Below are positions 1 through 10,809 of a stretch of DNA of 64,000 bases, piece after piece (positions within the stretch are counted from its first letter, which is position 1; each line of letters opens with the position of its first letter). The translations under genes and the position numbers were made by a program. Under the pieces are notes generated by a model. The model saw only the letters and a list, made by a program, of their open reading frames with translations, did not search any database and had not been told where the DNA came from. Origin of the DNA: Thermoanaerobaculia bacterium (GTDB lineage Bacteria > Acidobacteriota > Thermoanaerobaculia > Multivoradales > UBA5704). The DNA lies in NCBI GenBank assembly GCA_044226625.1, contig JBGAGQ010000024.1:1-64000 (forward strand), read 5' to 3'.

Positions 1-99
1 AGCGAAGTTATCGTTCGCAGTTAAAAATCGATTTTACGAGTCGACCTCGACACGCAACCCCCGCACCGCTTTGTTCCCCGTCGAAACCGGTACGCCCCC
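1..99 (-). ncRNA. ssrA: tmRNA, 5' part (runs off window start)
   Basis: Reverse strand begins GGGGGCGTACCGGTTTCGACGGGG, the canonical tmRNA 5' end. Positions 18..1 read GCG AAC GAT AAC TTC GCT (tag ANDNFA...) after a TAACT resume context. Confidence 0.93.
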
Positions 100-235
100 A
101 GTTTCACGGCTTGCTGCTTGCTTCCCTTGGCAAAGAACGTCGTCCGCTCGAAGTCAGCGGGCGAGGAGGATAACAGAACCGGATGCGCCGGGATTCCCGA
201 CGCGATGATGCTCGCGCCCCACCGTTGCCCTGCCG

Positions 236-697
236 CTACCGCGAAGCGGTTCCGGGCGACTGTGCAAGCAGCTCGATGGTGCGCAAGAAGTCGGAAGGTC
301 GGGAAGTCTTGAGGCGCGAGATCACCAAAAACCATCCCGAGAGGGCGAGGATCGCGCCGAACGGCGCCAGGGGAATGAGCGACGGGAAAAAGGGCCACGC
401 GGCCGCCACGATGCCGCCGGCCGCCGAGGCGAGCAGGACGATGACCGCGGGGATCTGAAGCCGGTACGTCGACGCTCCTTCCCGGAGGCGAAGACGGGTC
501 TCCTCGCCCTGCTCTTCCGCCATGATCTCCACCTCGGCCCACCCCTGGCGCAGACCGGCGCGCACGGGGAGGACGAGGCGGGAGCGGTCGGATTCTTCGC
601 TCCTCTCGGCGCCCCATTCCGCGGCCGCGCGGTCGACGAGGCTCCAGGCCTCTTCGACCGGCCGATCGACCGTCGCCGAGCTTTCGTCGGGAGTCAT
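236..697 (-). CDS. Hypothetical membrane protein (two C-terminal TM helices)
   Basis: ATG at 697 immediately follows the dusB stop; hydrophobic segments IPAVIVLLASAAGGIVAAAW and FGAILALSGWFLVI. Confidence 0.65.
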   Translation of the reverse strand: MTPDESSATVDRPVEEAWSLVDRAAAEWGAERSEESDRSRLVLPVRAGLRQGWAEVEIMAEEQGEETRLRLREGASTYRLQIPAVIVLLASAAGGIVAAAWPFFPSLIPLAPFGAILALSGWFLVISRLKTSRPSDFLRTIELLAQSPGTASR

Positions 698-698
698 C

Positions 699-1688
699 TC
701 AGGCCGCCTCCTCGAACATGTCGGCAAAGAAGTCCTCGACCGCGGCGAGAAAGCTCGGGACGTCCGGCAGCTGGTTGATCTCCTGCCGCAGCTTGCGGCC
801 GTTCGGCAGACCGTGGGTGTACCAACCGGTGAACTTGCGCAGCTTGTGGAGCGCCCAGCTACCCCCTTCGCGCTCGGCCACCATGCGGAAATGGCCGAGG
901 ATCAGGTCGCGGCGGTCGGCAAGCGACGGCTCGCTGAAACGGCTACCGCTCATCCGCGCGGCGATCTGGCGAAACAGCCAAGGGTTGCGGGTTGCGCCGC
1001 GGCCGACCATCACCCCGTCGCAGCCCGTCTCCGCCATCATGCGCAAAGCATCTTCCGGCTCGGTGACATCGCCGTTGCCGATCACTGGAATCGACAGCGC
1101 CCGCTTGAGTTTCGCCAGGTGCGACCAGTCGGCCTCACCGGTGAACATCTGCCGCGCGGTGCGCGCGTGCATGGCAACCGCCGCGACGCCGTTGTCTTCG
1201 CACAGCCGGCCGAGGTCGAGGTAGTTGCGTCGCGCGTCGTCGAGGCCGAGCCGGAACTTGACCGTCAACGGGATCGAGATCGCCTTGCGCACCGAGGAGA
1301 CGATCTCCTCGGCCAGATGGAGATCGCCCATCAGCGCCGCGCCGGCGCAGCCCTTCAGAACCTTGTTGGCGGGGCACCCCATGTTGATGTCGCAGACATC
1401 GGCGCCCAGCTCCTCGACCACCAGGGCCGCTTCGCGCATCGTGGCGGCGTCGGAGCCGTAGATCTGGATCGCGAGCGGGCGCTCCTCTTCGCAGAAATAC
1501 ATCAGCTCGCGGGTTCGGGGGTTGCCGTTGACGATCGCCTTCGACGAGACGAACTCCATCGAAACGATCCCGACTCCGCCGATCCGACGGACGATCAGGC
1601 GGAAATCGCGGTCGGTCACGCCGGCCATGGGCGCGAGCCAAAGAGGAGGGTCGACCCGAACGTTCTGAAGGAAAACCGGCGCCGTCAT
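699..1688 (-). CDS. dusB: tRNA-dihydrouridine synthase
   Basis: Motifs LAPMAGVTD, DINMGCP, VKFRLG, HARTA, IGNGDV, GVMVGRG. Confidence 0.93.
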   Translation of the reverse strand: MTAPVFLQNVRVDPPLWLAPMAGVTDRDFRLIVRRIGGVGIVSMEFVSSKAIVNGNPRTRELMYFCEEERPLAIQIYGSDAATMREAALVVEELGADVCDINMGCPANKVLKGCAGAALMGDLHLAEEIVSSVRKAISIPLTVKFRLGLDDARRNYLDLGRLCEDNGVAAVAMHARTARQMFTGEADWSHLAKLKRALSIPVIGNGDVTEPEDALRMMAETGCDGVMVGRGATRNPWLFRQIAARMSGSRFSEPSLADRRDLILGHFRMVAEREGGSWALHKLRKFTGWYTHGLPNGRKLRQEINQLPDVPSFLAAVEDFFADMFEEAA

Positions 1689-1749
1689 GGCGCCGATTTT
1701 ACCCGGGCGACTTGCGATCGCCTAACCGCGCGGGGCTCCGACCCGGCGA

Positions 1750-2190
1750 CTATTTCTTCTGCAGCGTCTCGAGATACGCGACGAGGTCCCCGATCTTCCT
1801 CTGGACCTCGAGGTCCTGGGCCGCATCGCTACCCGAAACCTGGAACGACAAACCCCAGACCGGCATGTCGGTCGGTCCGTGGGCGCCGACGGAAAGCCGT
1901 CCGTCGATCTTGCCCGCGACCGTGTCGCGAGGGAACGAACCGTCTTTGGCGACCAGGTGGGTGAGGTCGGCGGGCTTGCTCTTGAGCTCTTGGGCGAGCG
2001 GTCCGTCCCCGCGCGCCTCGGCGCCATGGCAGCTGCGGCAGTAGATCCGGAACGCCACCTTGCCGCGCGCGACGCGAACCGATGCCGGCTCTTGCGAGTC
2101 GCTCGGAAGAACGGTCGCGGCCGCGAGCAGGACGGGCACGGCGATGATCGAGAGGAGCGAGGCGATCAAAGCAACGGGAGAACGGGTCAT
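1750..2190 (-). CDS. Monoheme class I cytochrome c
   Basis: Signal peptide, single CRSCH heme motif, distal MPVWG methionine. Confidence 0.88.
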   Translation of the reverse strand: MTRSPVALIASLLSIIAVPVLLAAATVLPSDSQEPASVRVARGKVAFRIYCRSCHGAEARGDGPLAQELKSKPADLTHLVAKDGSFPRDTVAGKIDGRLSVGAHGPTDMPVWGLSFQVSGSDAAQDLEVQRKIGDLVAYLETLQKK

Positions 2191-2402
2191 GGCGCGGTCC
2201 TCTTGGAGTCCGATCAGAGACTAGGAGAGGAGGAGATCCCGTTTCACCCTCCGAAGGGGTGGAGAAATTCACCTCGTGGGGTGGGGCAGCCCGCGGCGCC
2301 GTCTCGCGCTGGATCTTCTCCAGGGGCTCGGCGCGAGACGGAGATGGAGATAGGGACGATCCGCCTTTCCAGCGAGCGCCGTTTGCGCGCAGAATCGCCG
2401 GA

Positions 2403-3470
2403 ATGACGCTCGAAGAGCTCGGCTGGAACCCTGCGATCGCGGCCGCATTCGCCGAACACGAGGCCAAAGGGAGCCTGCCCGGACGGGTGATCGCCCAACG
2501 CGGAATGCTGGTGGTGGCCACCGAACAAGGCGAGGTCCTCGCGACCAGCTCCGGACGGATGCGCCACGACGCCGAAAGCGCCGGCGCACTGCCGGCGGTC
2601 GGCGACTGGGTCGCGATCGAGGTGCCCTCGGGGGGAACGCAGGGACGCATCCGGGCGGTCCTGCCGCGCAAGAGCGTCTTCGTGCGCAAGGCGGCCGGCC
2701 GGCGCACGGAAGATCAGGTCGTGGCGGCGAACGTCGACGTCGTCTTCTTGCTGGTGGGGCTCGACAACGACTACAACCCGCGGCGGATCGAGCGCTATCT
2801 CGCCGCGGCGTGGGAGAGCGGCGCGAGCCCCGTGGTGCTGCTCAACAAGGCCGACCTCTGCGACGAGCCGGAAGCCCGACTCGCCGAGGTCGAGGCGATC
2901 GCGTTCGGCGCGCCCGTGCACCTGCTCTCCGCGAAGATGGGGGACGGCCTTGCGACCATCGTCCCCTACCTGCATCCAGGGGTGACCATCGCCCTCCTCG
3001 GCTCGTCCGGGGTCGGCAAGTCGACGTTGATCAACCGCCTGTTGGGCCGCAAGACGCAGCGCACGCTGGAGGTCCGCGAGGGAGACGATCGAGGCCGCCA
3101 TTCGACGACCCACCGCGAGATCTTCGTCGCGCCCGGGGGCGCGCTGGTGATCGACACGCCGGGCATGCGCGAGATCCAACTGTGGGATGCCGAAGAGGGA
3201 ACCGGCGCCGCCTTTGCCGACATCGAGGAGCTCGCGGCCTCCTGCGCCTTCGGCGACTGCGCTCATGAAAGCGAGCCGGGCTGCGCCGTCCGCGCGGCCG
3301 CCGAGACGGGCGACCTATCCCTAGAGAGGCTCGAAAACTGGCGGAAGCTCCAGAAAGAAGCCGAAAGCCTGCGCAACCGTACCGACGCCCTCGCCCGCAA
3401 GAAGGACAAGGGGAAGTTCAAGGCGATCGAAAAATCGCTGCGCGAGCACTACAAGCTGCGCGGGCGATAG
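2403..3470 (+). CDS. rsgA: Ribosome small subunit-dependent GTPase A
   Basis: AVGDWV, NKAD, GSSGVGKST, GRHSTT, DTPG, and zinc site CAFGDCAHESEPGC. Start placed at ATG 2403. Confidence 0.95.
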   Translation: MTLEELGWNPAIAAAFAEHEAKGSLPGRVIAQRGMLVVATEQGEVLATSSGRMRHDAESAGALPAVGDWVAIEVPSGGTQGRIRAVLPRKSVFVRKAAGRRTEDQVVAANVDVVFLLVGLDNDYNPRRIERYLAAAWESGASPVVLLNKADLCDEPEARLAEVEAIAFGAPVHLLSAKMGDGLATIVPYLHPGVTIALLGSSGVGKSTLINRLLGRKTQRTLEVREGDDRGRHSTTHREIFVAPGGALVIDTPGMREIQLWDAEEGTGAAFADIEELAASCAFGDCAHESEPGCAVRAAAETGDLSLERLENWRKLQKEAESLRNRTDALARKKDKGKFKAIEKSLREHYKLRGR

Positions 3471-3500
3471 CTCCGTGGAGCCGACCGAAAGAGCCGCCCC

Positions 3501-5300
3501 TCAATCCATTCGCAGCACCGCCAGGAAAGCCTCCTGCGGGATGTCCACGCGGCCGACCCGCTTCATGCGCTTCTTTCCTTCCTTTTGTTTCTCGATCAGC
3601 TTGCGCTTGCGGGTGATGTCGCCACCGTAGCACTTGGCGATGACGTTCTTCGAGATCGGCCGCACGGTCTCGCGCGCGATGACACGCGAGCCGATCGCGG
3701 CCTGCAGGACGACCTCGAACATCTGGCGCGGGATCAAGTCCTTCATCTTCTCGATCAACATCCGGCCGCGGGGATAGGCCTTGTCGCGATGGATGATCAG
3801 GGACAGCGCGTCGACCGCATCGCCGTTGACCAGAACGTCGAGCTTCACCAGATCGCTCCGTCGATAGCCGATGAGCTGGTAATCAAAGCTCGCGTAGCCG
3901 CGGGAGCACGACTTCAGCCGGTCGTAGAAATCGAGGATCACCTCGGCGAGCGGGAAGTCGTACTGGATCAGCACTCGATCGGTCGAAAGGTACTGGAGGC
4001 TCTTCTGCTCGCCACGCCGGTCCTCGGCGAGCTGGAGAATCGCCCCGACGTATTCGGAGCGCGAGACGATGGTCGAAGTGATGTACGGCTCCTCGAGAGA
4101 GTCGAGCTTGCTCGGATCGGGGAGCTTGGCGGGGCTGTCGACCTCGTGCATCTTGCCGTCGGTGGTGCGCGCGCGATAGCGGACCCCCGGCGCGGTGGTG
4201 ATCAGGTCGAGATCGAACTCCCGCTCCAGCCGCGCCTGGATGATCTCCATGTGGAGCAAGCCGAGGAAGCCGCACCGAAATCCGAACCCGAGCGCGCCCG
4301 AGCTCTCCGGCTCGAAGCTGAACGAGGCGTCGTTCAAGCGCAGCTTGTCGACCGCGTCGCGCAGCCCTTCGTAATCGTCCGCCGAGACCGGATAGAGACC
4401 GGCGAAGACCATCGGTTTGACTTCCTGGAAACCGGGGAAGGCCTCCGCCGCGGGACGCTCGACGTGGGTCACCGTGTCGCCGATCTGCGCCTGGATCAGG
4501 TCTTTGATTCCAGCGTAGAAGAAGCCGACCTCGCCCACCGAAAGGGAGGTGACACCGGCCGGCTTGGGATTGAAGATCCCCATCTCGTCGACCGAATAGA
4601 TTCGGCCGCTCGCCATCAGCTGGATCTTCTCTCCCTTTTTGATCGAACCGTCGATCACTCGGATCATGCAGGCGACGCCGCGGTAGGGGTCGTACCAGGA
4701 ATCGAACAACAACGCCTTCAAGGGGGCGTCGGGGCTTCCCGTGGGAGGCGGGATGTCGCGCACGACCCGCTCGAGCACGTCTTCGATGCCGAGCCCCGCC
4801 TTGGCCGAGGCGAGCACCGCGTCGTGGGCGTCGATGCCGATCACGTTTTCGATCTGCTCCTTGATCCGCTCGGGGTCGGCCGCGGGAAGGTCGATCTTGT
4901 TGATCACCGGCACGATCGCGAGATCTGCGTCGACCGCGAGGTAGGCGTTGGCGAGCGTCTGCGCCTCGACTCCCTGCACGGCGTCGACGACCAACAGGGC
5001 GCCCTCGCAGGCCGCGAGGCTGCGCGACACCTCGTAAGCGAAATCGACGTGGCCGGGAGTGTCGATCAGGTTGAACTGGTAGGTCTCGCCGTCGGCGGCG
5101 CGAAAGAACAGCCGGACCGCGCGCGCCTTGATCGTGATCCCCCGCTCGCGCTCGAGCTCCATGTCGTCGAGCAGCTGAGCGACCATCTCCCGCGACGAGA
5201 CCGAGCCGGTCTTCTCGAGGATGCGGTCGGCGAGAGTCGACTTGCCGTGGTCGATGTGGGCGACGATCGAAAAGTTACGGATGCGTTCGTGGGGAAACAT
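3501..5300 (-). CDS. lepA: Elongation factor 4
   Basis: [40 protein letters not shown]; 599 aa. Confidence 0.98.
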   Translation of the reverse strand: MFPHERIRNFSIVAHIDHGKSTLADRILEKTGSVSSREMVAQLLDDMELERERGITIKARAVRLFFRAADGETYQFNLIDTPGHVDFAYEVSRSLAACEGALLVVDAVQGVEAQTLANAYLAVDADLAIVPVINKIDLPAADPERIKEQIENVIGIDAHDAVLASAKAGLGIEDVLERVVRDIPPPTGSPDAPLKALLFDSWYDPYRGVACMIRVIDGSIKKGEKIQLMASGRIYSVDEMGIFNPKPAGVTSLSVGEVGFFYAGIKDLIQAQIGDTVTHVERPAAEAFPGFQEVKPMVFAGLYPVSADDYEGLRDAVDKLRLNDASFSFEPESSGALGFGFRCGFLGLLHMEIIQARLEREFDLDLITTAPGVRYRARTTDGKMHEVDSPAKLPDPSKLDSLEEPYITSTIVSRSEYVGAILQLAEDRRGEQKSLQYLSTDRVLIQYDFPLAEVILDFYDRLKSCSRGYASFDYQLIGYRRSDLVKLDVLVNGDAVDALSLIIHRDKAYPRGRMLIEKMKDLIPRQMFEVVLQAAIGSRVIARETVRPISKNVIAKCYGGDITRKRKLIEKQKEGKKRMKRVGRVDIPQEAFLAVLRMD

Positions 5301-5439
5301 GGCGTTCCGATTCCAGGGTCCCGGCGACCGTTCGGCGCGGGGCGGGGAGCATAGCAGCCGCTGAGGGACACCTTTCGGGGGCCGAGGGTGCCGGGACGCG
5401 CCCCTTGCATCTCACCGAGCCTTTCGGCAGGCTCCTCGA

Positions 5440-7865
5440 ATGACTCTCGCGACCCGCTCCGCCGCCCGCACGCTCGCCTCGGCCCTGGTCTTCCTCGCGT
5501 CCGCCGCCGCCGTTCCTGCCGCGTTCGCCGGGGAAGCGCGCCTGCCTACCGGTTTACGGCTCGATCCGGCGGGAACCCTGGCCGACCTGGGGAACTTTCC
5601 GGTCAACGCGATCGTCGACTCGAGCGGCGAGCGCCTGTTCGTCCTTCTGAGCGGCTGGCGAGAACAGGGTGTGCAGGTGGTCGATCGCCGCACGGGCGCC
5701 GTGCTCCAGACCCTCCCCCAGAAAGCGGCGTTTCTCGGCTTGGCGCTCGCGGCGGACGGCAAGACCCTCTACGCCTCGGGAGGAGACGAGGACCACGTCG
5801 CCCGCTACGCCCTGGACGGCGGGGAGGCCCGGCCGCTTCCGCCGTTCGTCCTGGCGGAAAAGCCTGAGGGTAAGGAGGCGACCCGTTACCCGGCGGGGCT
5901 CGCCCTGTCCCACGACGGCAAGAGGCTCTACGTAGCGGAGAATCTCTCCGACACGGTGGCGGTGCTCGATGCGAGCACCGGAGCGGTCCTGGAGCGGGTT
6001 GCCGCCGGGCTCTATCCCTACGCGATCGCGGTGGCGCCGGACGGCGCGCTCTACGTCTCCAACTGGGGAGGAGACGGGGTCTCGGTCTACCGCCCGGGCA
6101 AGGGGGCAAGCTCCGGAGCGTCGGGGCGATCGTGGTCGGCCGGCATCCCTCGGCGCTTCTCTTGAACCGAAGCGCGGACCGACTTTTCGTCGCCTCGGCG
6201 AGCACCGACCGGGTTGCGGTGGTCGACACGGCGCGCCGGAAGGTGATCGCGACGCTTCTCGATCCGCCCCCGGCCGGTCCGCACGAGGGCTCGACCCCGA
6301 ACGCCCTCGCGCTGTCCGCGGACGGCCGGCGGCTGTTCGTCGCCGAGGCCGACGCGAACGCCGTCGCGGTCTTCGATCTCTCGCCGCGGACGGCGGGCGC
6401 TCCTGGGAGCGCGAAAGGAAGGAAGGCCAAGAGGTCCGTCGACCGGCTGGCCGGTCGCATCCCGGTCGGCTGGTATCCGACCGCGGTGCTCGCCGACCGC
6501 GGCGAGCTCCTGGTGATCGACGGCAAGGGGCGGGGTACCGGGCCGAACCCCGGCATGCCTCAACCTTTGGGCAAGCTGGCGAAGGACTCCCACGACTACT
6601 CGCTCGGCCAACTCCACGGCGCACTTTCCACCCTCTCCGAGGCGGCGCTTTCCGATCTGCCTGCGCTCTCCGGGCGGGTGGCGCGCGCAAATGGCTGGGA
6701 CCTGCCGCGGACCCCGGGGTCCTATCCGCCGTTTCGCCATGTGATCTACGTCGTCAAGGAGAACCGGACCTACGACCAGGTGTTCGGTGATCTGCCCCAA
6801 GGAGACGGCGACCCGTCGCTCCTCTTCTTCCCGCGCGAGGTGTCGCCCAACCACCATGCGCTCGCCGAGCGGTTCGGCCTGTTCGACCGCTTCTTCGTCA
6901 ACGCCGAGGTGAGCGCGCAGGGGCACCCCTGGTCGACCGCCGCCTACGTCACCGATTTCACCGAAAAGACGGTCTCCTCTTTCTATTCCGATCGACGGCC
7001 TGGCCGGCAAGAAGACGGAGATGAGGAGGATTCCGCGAGCGGCTACCTCTGGACCTTGGCGCTCGCCAAGGGCCTGAGCCTGCGGGTCTTCGGCGAGTAC
7101 GCCGAACCGGTCGCGGGGTCGAACCCGGTCGTCTACCGCTCGTCCAAGGCGGCCCTGCGGCCGTACACCAGCCCCGACTACCCGGCGTTCGACATGAAGA
7201 TCCCGGACCAGAAGCGGCTGGAGGTCTGGTTGAAGGAATTCAACGGATTCGTCGCGGCGGGAAAGATGCCCGCGCTCCAGATCCTCCACCTGCCGAGCGA
7301 CCACACCTCCGGCGCCCGGCCGGGCCAGATGACGCCGCGAGCCCACATGGCGGACAACGACCTCGCCCTCGGGCGGATCGTCGAAGCGTTGTCGAGCAGC
7401 CCGTTCTGGCGCGACACGGTGATCTTCGCGCTCGAAGACGACGCCCAGGCGGGGCCCGACCACGTCGATTCGCACCGGAGCGTGATGCTCGCGATCTCGG
7501 CTTACAACCGAGGGGGCGTCGATCACCGGTTCGTCAACACGACCGACGTTCTCGCGACCATCGAAGAGATCCTCCACCTCGGCAACCTCTCTCAGTTCGA
7601 TCATTTCGGCCGGCCCCTGCGGGAGATCTTCGGAACCCAGGCGGATCTTTCCCCGTACCGACCGCTCGTGCCTCCGGTGCCGCTCGACGAGCTGAACCCC
7701 GATTCGGGATCCGCGGCGCAGGCCTCGGCGCGGCTCCGGCTGGACGTCCCGGACGCCTCGAACGACGACCTGTTCAACCGCATCCTTTGGGCCGCAATCC
7801 GCGGCGACGAGCCCTACCCCGAGCCGAAGCGGGTTTCGACGAAGGAACTGACGCTGGCCAATTGA
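5440..7865 (+). pseudogene. Secreted YVTN/YncE beta-propeller plus phosphoesterase (alkaline-phosphatase fold) protein, split by a single-base frameshift (real or sequencing error)
   Basis: ORF 5440..6165 has a signal peptide and propeller blades. ORF 6132..7865 continues the blades, then HVIYVVKENRTYDQVFGD and EDDAQAGPDHVDSHRS. One extra G in the G5 run at 6102-6106 joins the two frames. Confidence 0.8.
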
Positions 7866-7917
7866 GGAGCCTGCGCCCGGGTGGCGAGGAGGCGGGGCAG
7901 GAAATCCGGCTCGTGCT

Positions 7918-9774
7918 CTACGGCTCGCGTGGGCTCCGAGCGGCGCGGCCCGCCGTTCCGCCCCGCTCGCGCAGGTTCTCCTCTTCGTGAAGGCGCGTGC
8001 GGGCGGAGAGGATTCCGGCACGGCCCAGATAGCCCACCAGTGCCCGCGGCGCTCCGCGCTCAACGATCGGCAGCCGGCCGATGTCGTTCGCGAGCATCCG
8101 ATCGACCGCGCTTCGCAAGAGCTCGTCGGGAAAGGCGACGACGAGATCGCGACTCCCCGCCTCCAGAACGCTCGCCGCCCTTTTCTCGGAGCTCTCGAGC
8201 GCCCGCATGAGGTCGCCGCGCGTGATGATTCCCGCGAGCGCCCCTTCCGCATCGACGATCGGAATGCCCTGGCGGCCGACCAGGGCGGGGTCGCCGTCGG
8301 CGATCCTCGCCGCGAGCTCCGCGACGGTCATCGAGTCCGGAATCGTGACCACCTCGCGGTCCATGACTTCGCCGATGCGGTGGATCTCGAACGGATCGAC
8401 GCTGTATTCCCGCACCAGATGGAGCCCTCGGCGGGCGATCTTCTCGGTCAGGATCGAGCGGCGGAGGAGCAGCACGGTCGCGCCGTGCGCGACCACCGAG
8501 CCCACCAGCAGGGCGGGCAAGACGTTCCAGTCGTGGGTCAGCTCGGCGGCGAACAGAATCGCCGTAAGCGGCGAGCGCATCGTTCCGCCCATCATCGCGG
8601 ACATGCTCACCATCGCCCAGAGACCGGCGTCGCCGACCGGGATCAGCGACGACTCGAGAGCGCCCAGTCCGCCGCCCATGATCAGCAGCGGCGCGAGCAC
8701 GCCTCCCGAGGTGCCCGAGCCCAGGGCCACGGACCAGACCGCCGCCTTGAGCAACAGGAGGCTCGCCGCCGAGGAGCCCGCGAGGTGGCCCGCCAGGAGG
8801 TTCTGGATCGTGTCGTACCCGACGCCCAAAACGCGCGGGTCGAGCAGGCCGCCGGCCCCGACCGCGAGCCCGCCGAGGATCGGCCACCACATCCAGTGCA
8901 GCGGGAGCTTGGCGAATAGGTCTTCGAAGGCGTAAACGAGAGCCGTGAGCAGGCCAGAGGCCAAGCCCGCCGCGAGGCCGACCGGAACGGCGAATCCGAT
9001 CGCCTCGGTTCCGAGCGCGGCGTGCGCGGGAACGGGAAAGATCGGTCCCGCGCCGAGGAGCGGCACCCGGAGGAGCGCCGCGACGACCGAGGCCACCGCC
9101 ACCGGGATGAAGCTCCGCGGCTTCCACTCGAAGAGCAGCAGCTCGACCGCGAGCAACACAGCCGCCATCGGAGTCGCGAAGATGGCGGCCATCCCGGCGG
9201 CCGCTCCCGCGACCAGCAGGGTCTTTCGTTCCGCGGAGGACAGATGGAACAGCTGGGCCACCAGGGAGCCGACAGCTCCGCCGGTCATGATGATCGGTCC
9301 TTCCGCGCCGAAGGGTCCGCCGGTGCCGATCGAGATCGCGGAGGAAACCGGCTTCAAGAGGGCGACCTTCGGCTCGACCCGGCTGCGCCCGATGAGGATC
9401 GCTTCCAGGGCCTCGGGAATTCCGTGGCCGCGAATCTTCTCCGAGCCGTAGCGCGCCATGAGGCCGATCACCAGACCGCCGATGGCGGGAACGAGCAAGG
9501 CCCAGGCTCCCAGCGAATTCGCGGCAGGCGACGCGAAGTGCGACGAAAAGCGGTGGTAGTAGGCGAGGTTGGTGATGACGGCGATCAACCAGACCAGAGC
9601 GGCGGCCACGAGGGCCGCGAGCAGACCGATCGCCGCCGCCAATCCGGCCAGCACAAGAACTCGGCGATCGGTGCTGAAATCTGCCAGCCGATCCTGCGGC
9701 GCGCCGGCCCGCTGGCGAGCGGATTTGGCGTCTCCGGGCGGAGATTGGCGGTTCGATGTGGCTTCGGGGCTCAT
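7918..9774 (-). CDS. ClC-family anion channel/transporter with C-terminal CBS pair
   Basis: GHGIPE, GAEGP, GTSGGVLAP, multiple TM helices, two CBS domains. Confidence 0.92.
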   Translation of the reverse strand: MSPEATSNRQSPPGDAKSARQRAGAPQDRLADFSTDRRVLVLAGLAAAIGLLAALVAAALVWLIAVITNLAYYHRFSSHFASPAANSLGAWALLVPAIGGLVIGLMARYGSEKIRGHGIPEALEAILIGRSRVEPKVALLKPVSSAISIGTGGPFGAEGPIIMTGGAVGSLVAQLFHLSSAERKTLLVAGAAAGMAAIFATPMAAVLLAVELLLFEWKPRSFIPVAVASVVAALLRVPLLGAGPIFPVPAHAALGTEAIGFAVPVGLAAGLASGLLTALVYAFEDLFAKLPLHWMWWPILGGLAVGAGGLLDPRVLGVGYDTIQNLLAGHLAGSSAASLLLLKAAVWSVALGSGTSGGVLAPLLIMGGGLGALESSLIPVGDAGLWAMVSMSAMMGGTMRSPLTAILFAAELTHDWNVLPALLVGSVVAHGATVLLLRRSILTEKIARRGLHLVREYSVDPFEIHRIGEVMDREVVTIPDSMTVAELAARIADGDPALVGRQGIPIVDAEGALAGIITRGDLMRALESSEKRAASVLEAGSRDLVVAFPDELLRSAVDRMLANDIGRLPIVERGAPRALVGYLGRAGILSARTRLHEEENLRERGGTAGRAARSPREP

Positions 9775-9887
9775 CGCTTGGAGGACTCTCCGGAAGGAAA
9801 GAGGGCGTGAGGCTCGGACCCTGCAGCTGGATCCGACGCACGGACTATATATCGCGATGCGATATGAACGAGAAGTAGAATGGCTCG

Positions 9888-10376
9888 GTGCCAGAACCGG
9901 TGAGCGACGATCAGTTCCGCATGCTGGCGCGGTTCCGCGCCTCGCTGCGGCGGTTCCTCCATTTCAGCGAAGAGGCCGCCCGCGGCGCTGGGCTTACCCC
10001 CCAGCAGCACCAGGCTCTCCTCGCGCTCCGGGGAGGATCGGGCGAGGCGATGACGATCGGCGAGATCGCCTCGGAGCTTGCGGTGCGCCACCACAGCGCC
10101 GTGGGCCTGGTCGACCGCCTGGAATCCAAAGACCTGGTCGAGCGCCTGCGCTCCGAGGCGGACCGCCGCCAAGTCCGGGTGCGCCTCACGGCCGAGGGGC
10201 GAAGCGCACTGGCGGGCCTCGCCGCGGCGCACCGCGCAGAGCTGCGGCGGGTCGGACCGGAGCTGGCCGAGCTTTTGGCGGCACTGGGGCGGGATTCGGA
10301 GGCGAAGCCTTCTCCGAGACCTTTACGGTGGGACCCGGAGGTAGGCGTTCGGAGACCCCGCGAAGGGCGGGGGTGA
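9888..10376 (+). CDS. MarR-family transcriptional regulator, divergent from the ClC gene
   Basis: GLTPQQHQALL, TIGEIA, VGLVDRLE, DRRQVRVRLT. Confidence 0.9.
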   Translation: MPEPVSDDQFRMLARFRASLRRFLHFSEEAARGAGLTPQQHQALLALRGGSGEAMTIGEIASELAVRHHSAVGLVDRLESKDLVERLRSEADRRQVRVRLTAEGRSALAGLAAAHRAELRRVGPELAELLAALGRDSEAKPSPRPLRWDPEVGVRRPREGRG

Positions 10377-10507
10377 AATTCAAAAACATGGATTCGAAAA
10401 AACTATCGTTTTCTCGGACCCCCCTGCTGTAGGGTCCTCTTCGCGGGAAAAAGCAGTCCGCCACCCCTTCCCCGACCAGCGTTTCCAGGCTCCTCGGCTC
10501 CTCCGTT

Positions 10508-10768
10508 TCAAATCCAGTCCATTTCCTGGCCTCCGAATTCGAATTCGGGAGCCGCGAAATTCATTTCGGGGCCGGCGATTTCCATCCTCCGGTTCGCGAA
10601 ATCCATTTCGGCCGCTCCGAATCTCATTTCGGGACCGGCGTAGTCCATCTCTTGAGTCGCGAATTCGAATTCGGGAGTCCCGAACTCCACTTCCTCCCTC
10701 CCGAATTGCCTTTCGGGATTGCCGAATTCGAATTCGCGGGGCGTTCGCAGCTCATCCGTCGGATTCAT
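10508..10768 (-). CDS. Possible 86-aa heptad-repeat peptide (E-[MF]-x-F-[GA]-x-P); may be a by-product of the DNA array
   Basis: Open frame across the array with F/Y/W/I at one heptad position; no clear RBS. Confidence 0.3.
   Translation of the reverse strand: MNPTDELRTPREFEFGNPERQFGREEVEFGTPEFEFATQEMDYAGPEMRFGAAEMDFANRRMEIAGPEMNFAAPEFEFGGQEMDWI
10514..10744. repeat. Degenerate tandem array, 11 x 21 bp, quasi-palindromic core CGAAWTnnATTTCG
   Basis: Units start at 10514, 10535, 10556, 10577, 10598, 10619, 10640, 10661, 10682, 10703 and 10724, e.g. gaattcgaattcgggagccgc, gaaattcatttcggggccggc, gaaatccatttcggccgctcc. Confidence 0.9.
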
Positions 10769-10809
10769 CGGGCCGCATTTCGCGGCCCGTTTTTCAAAAG
10801 GAGAAGGAC

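Noticed and set aside
10514-10744. CRISPR array interpretation of either 21-bp array
   Set aside because: Units are degenerate, the variable parts are only 6-7 nt, and no cas genes are present.
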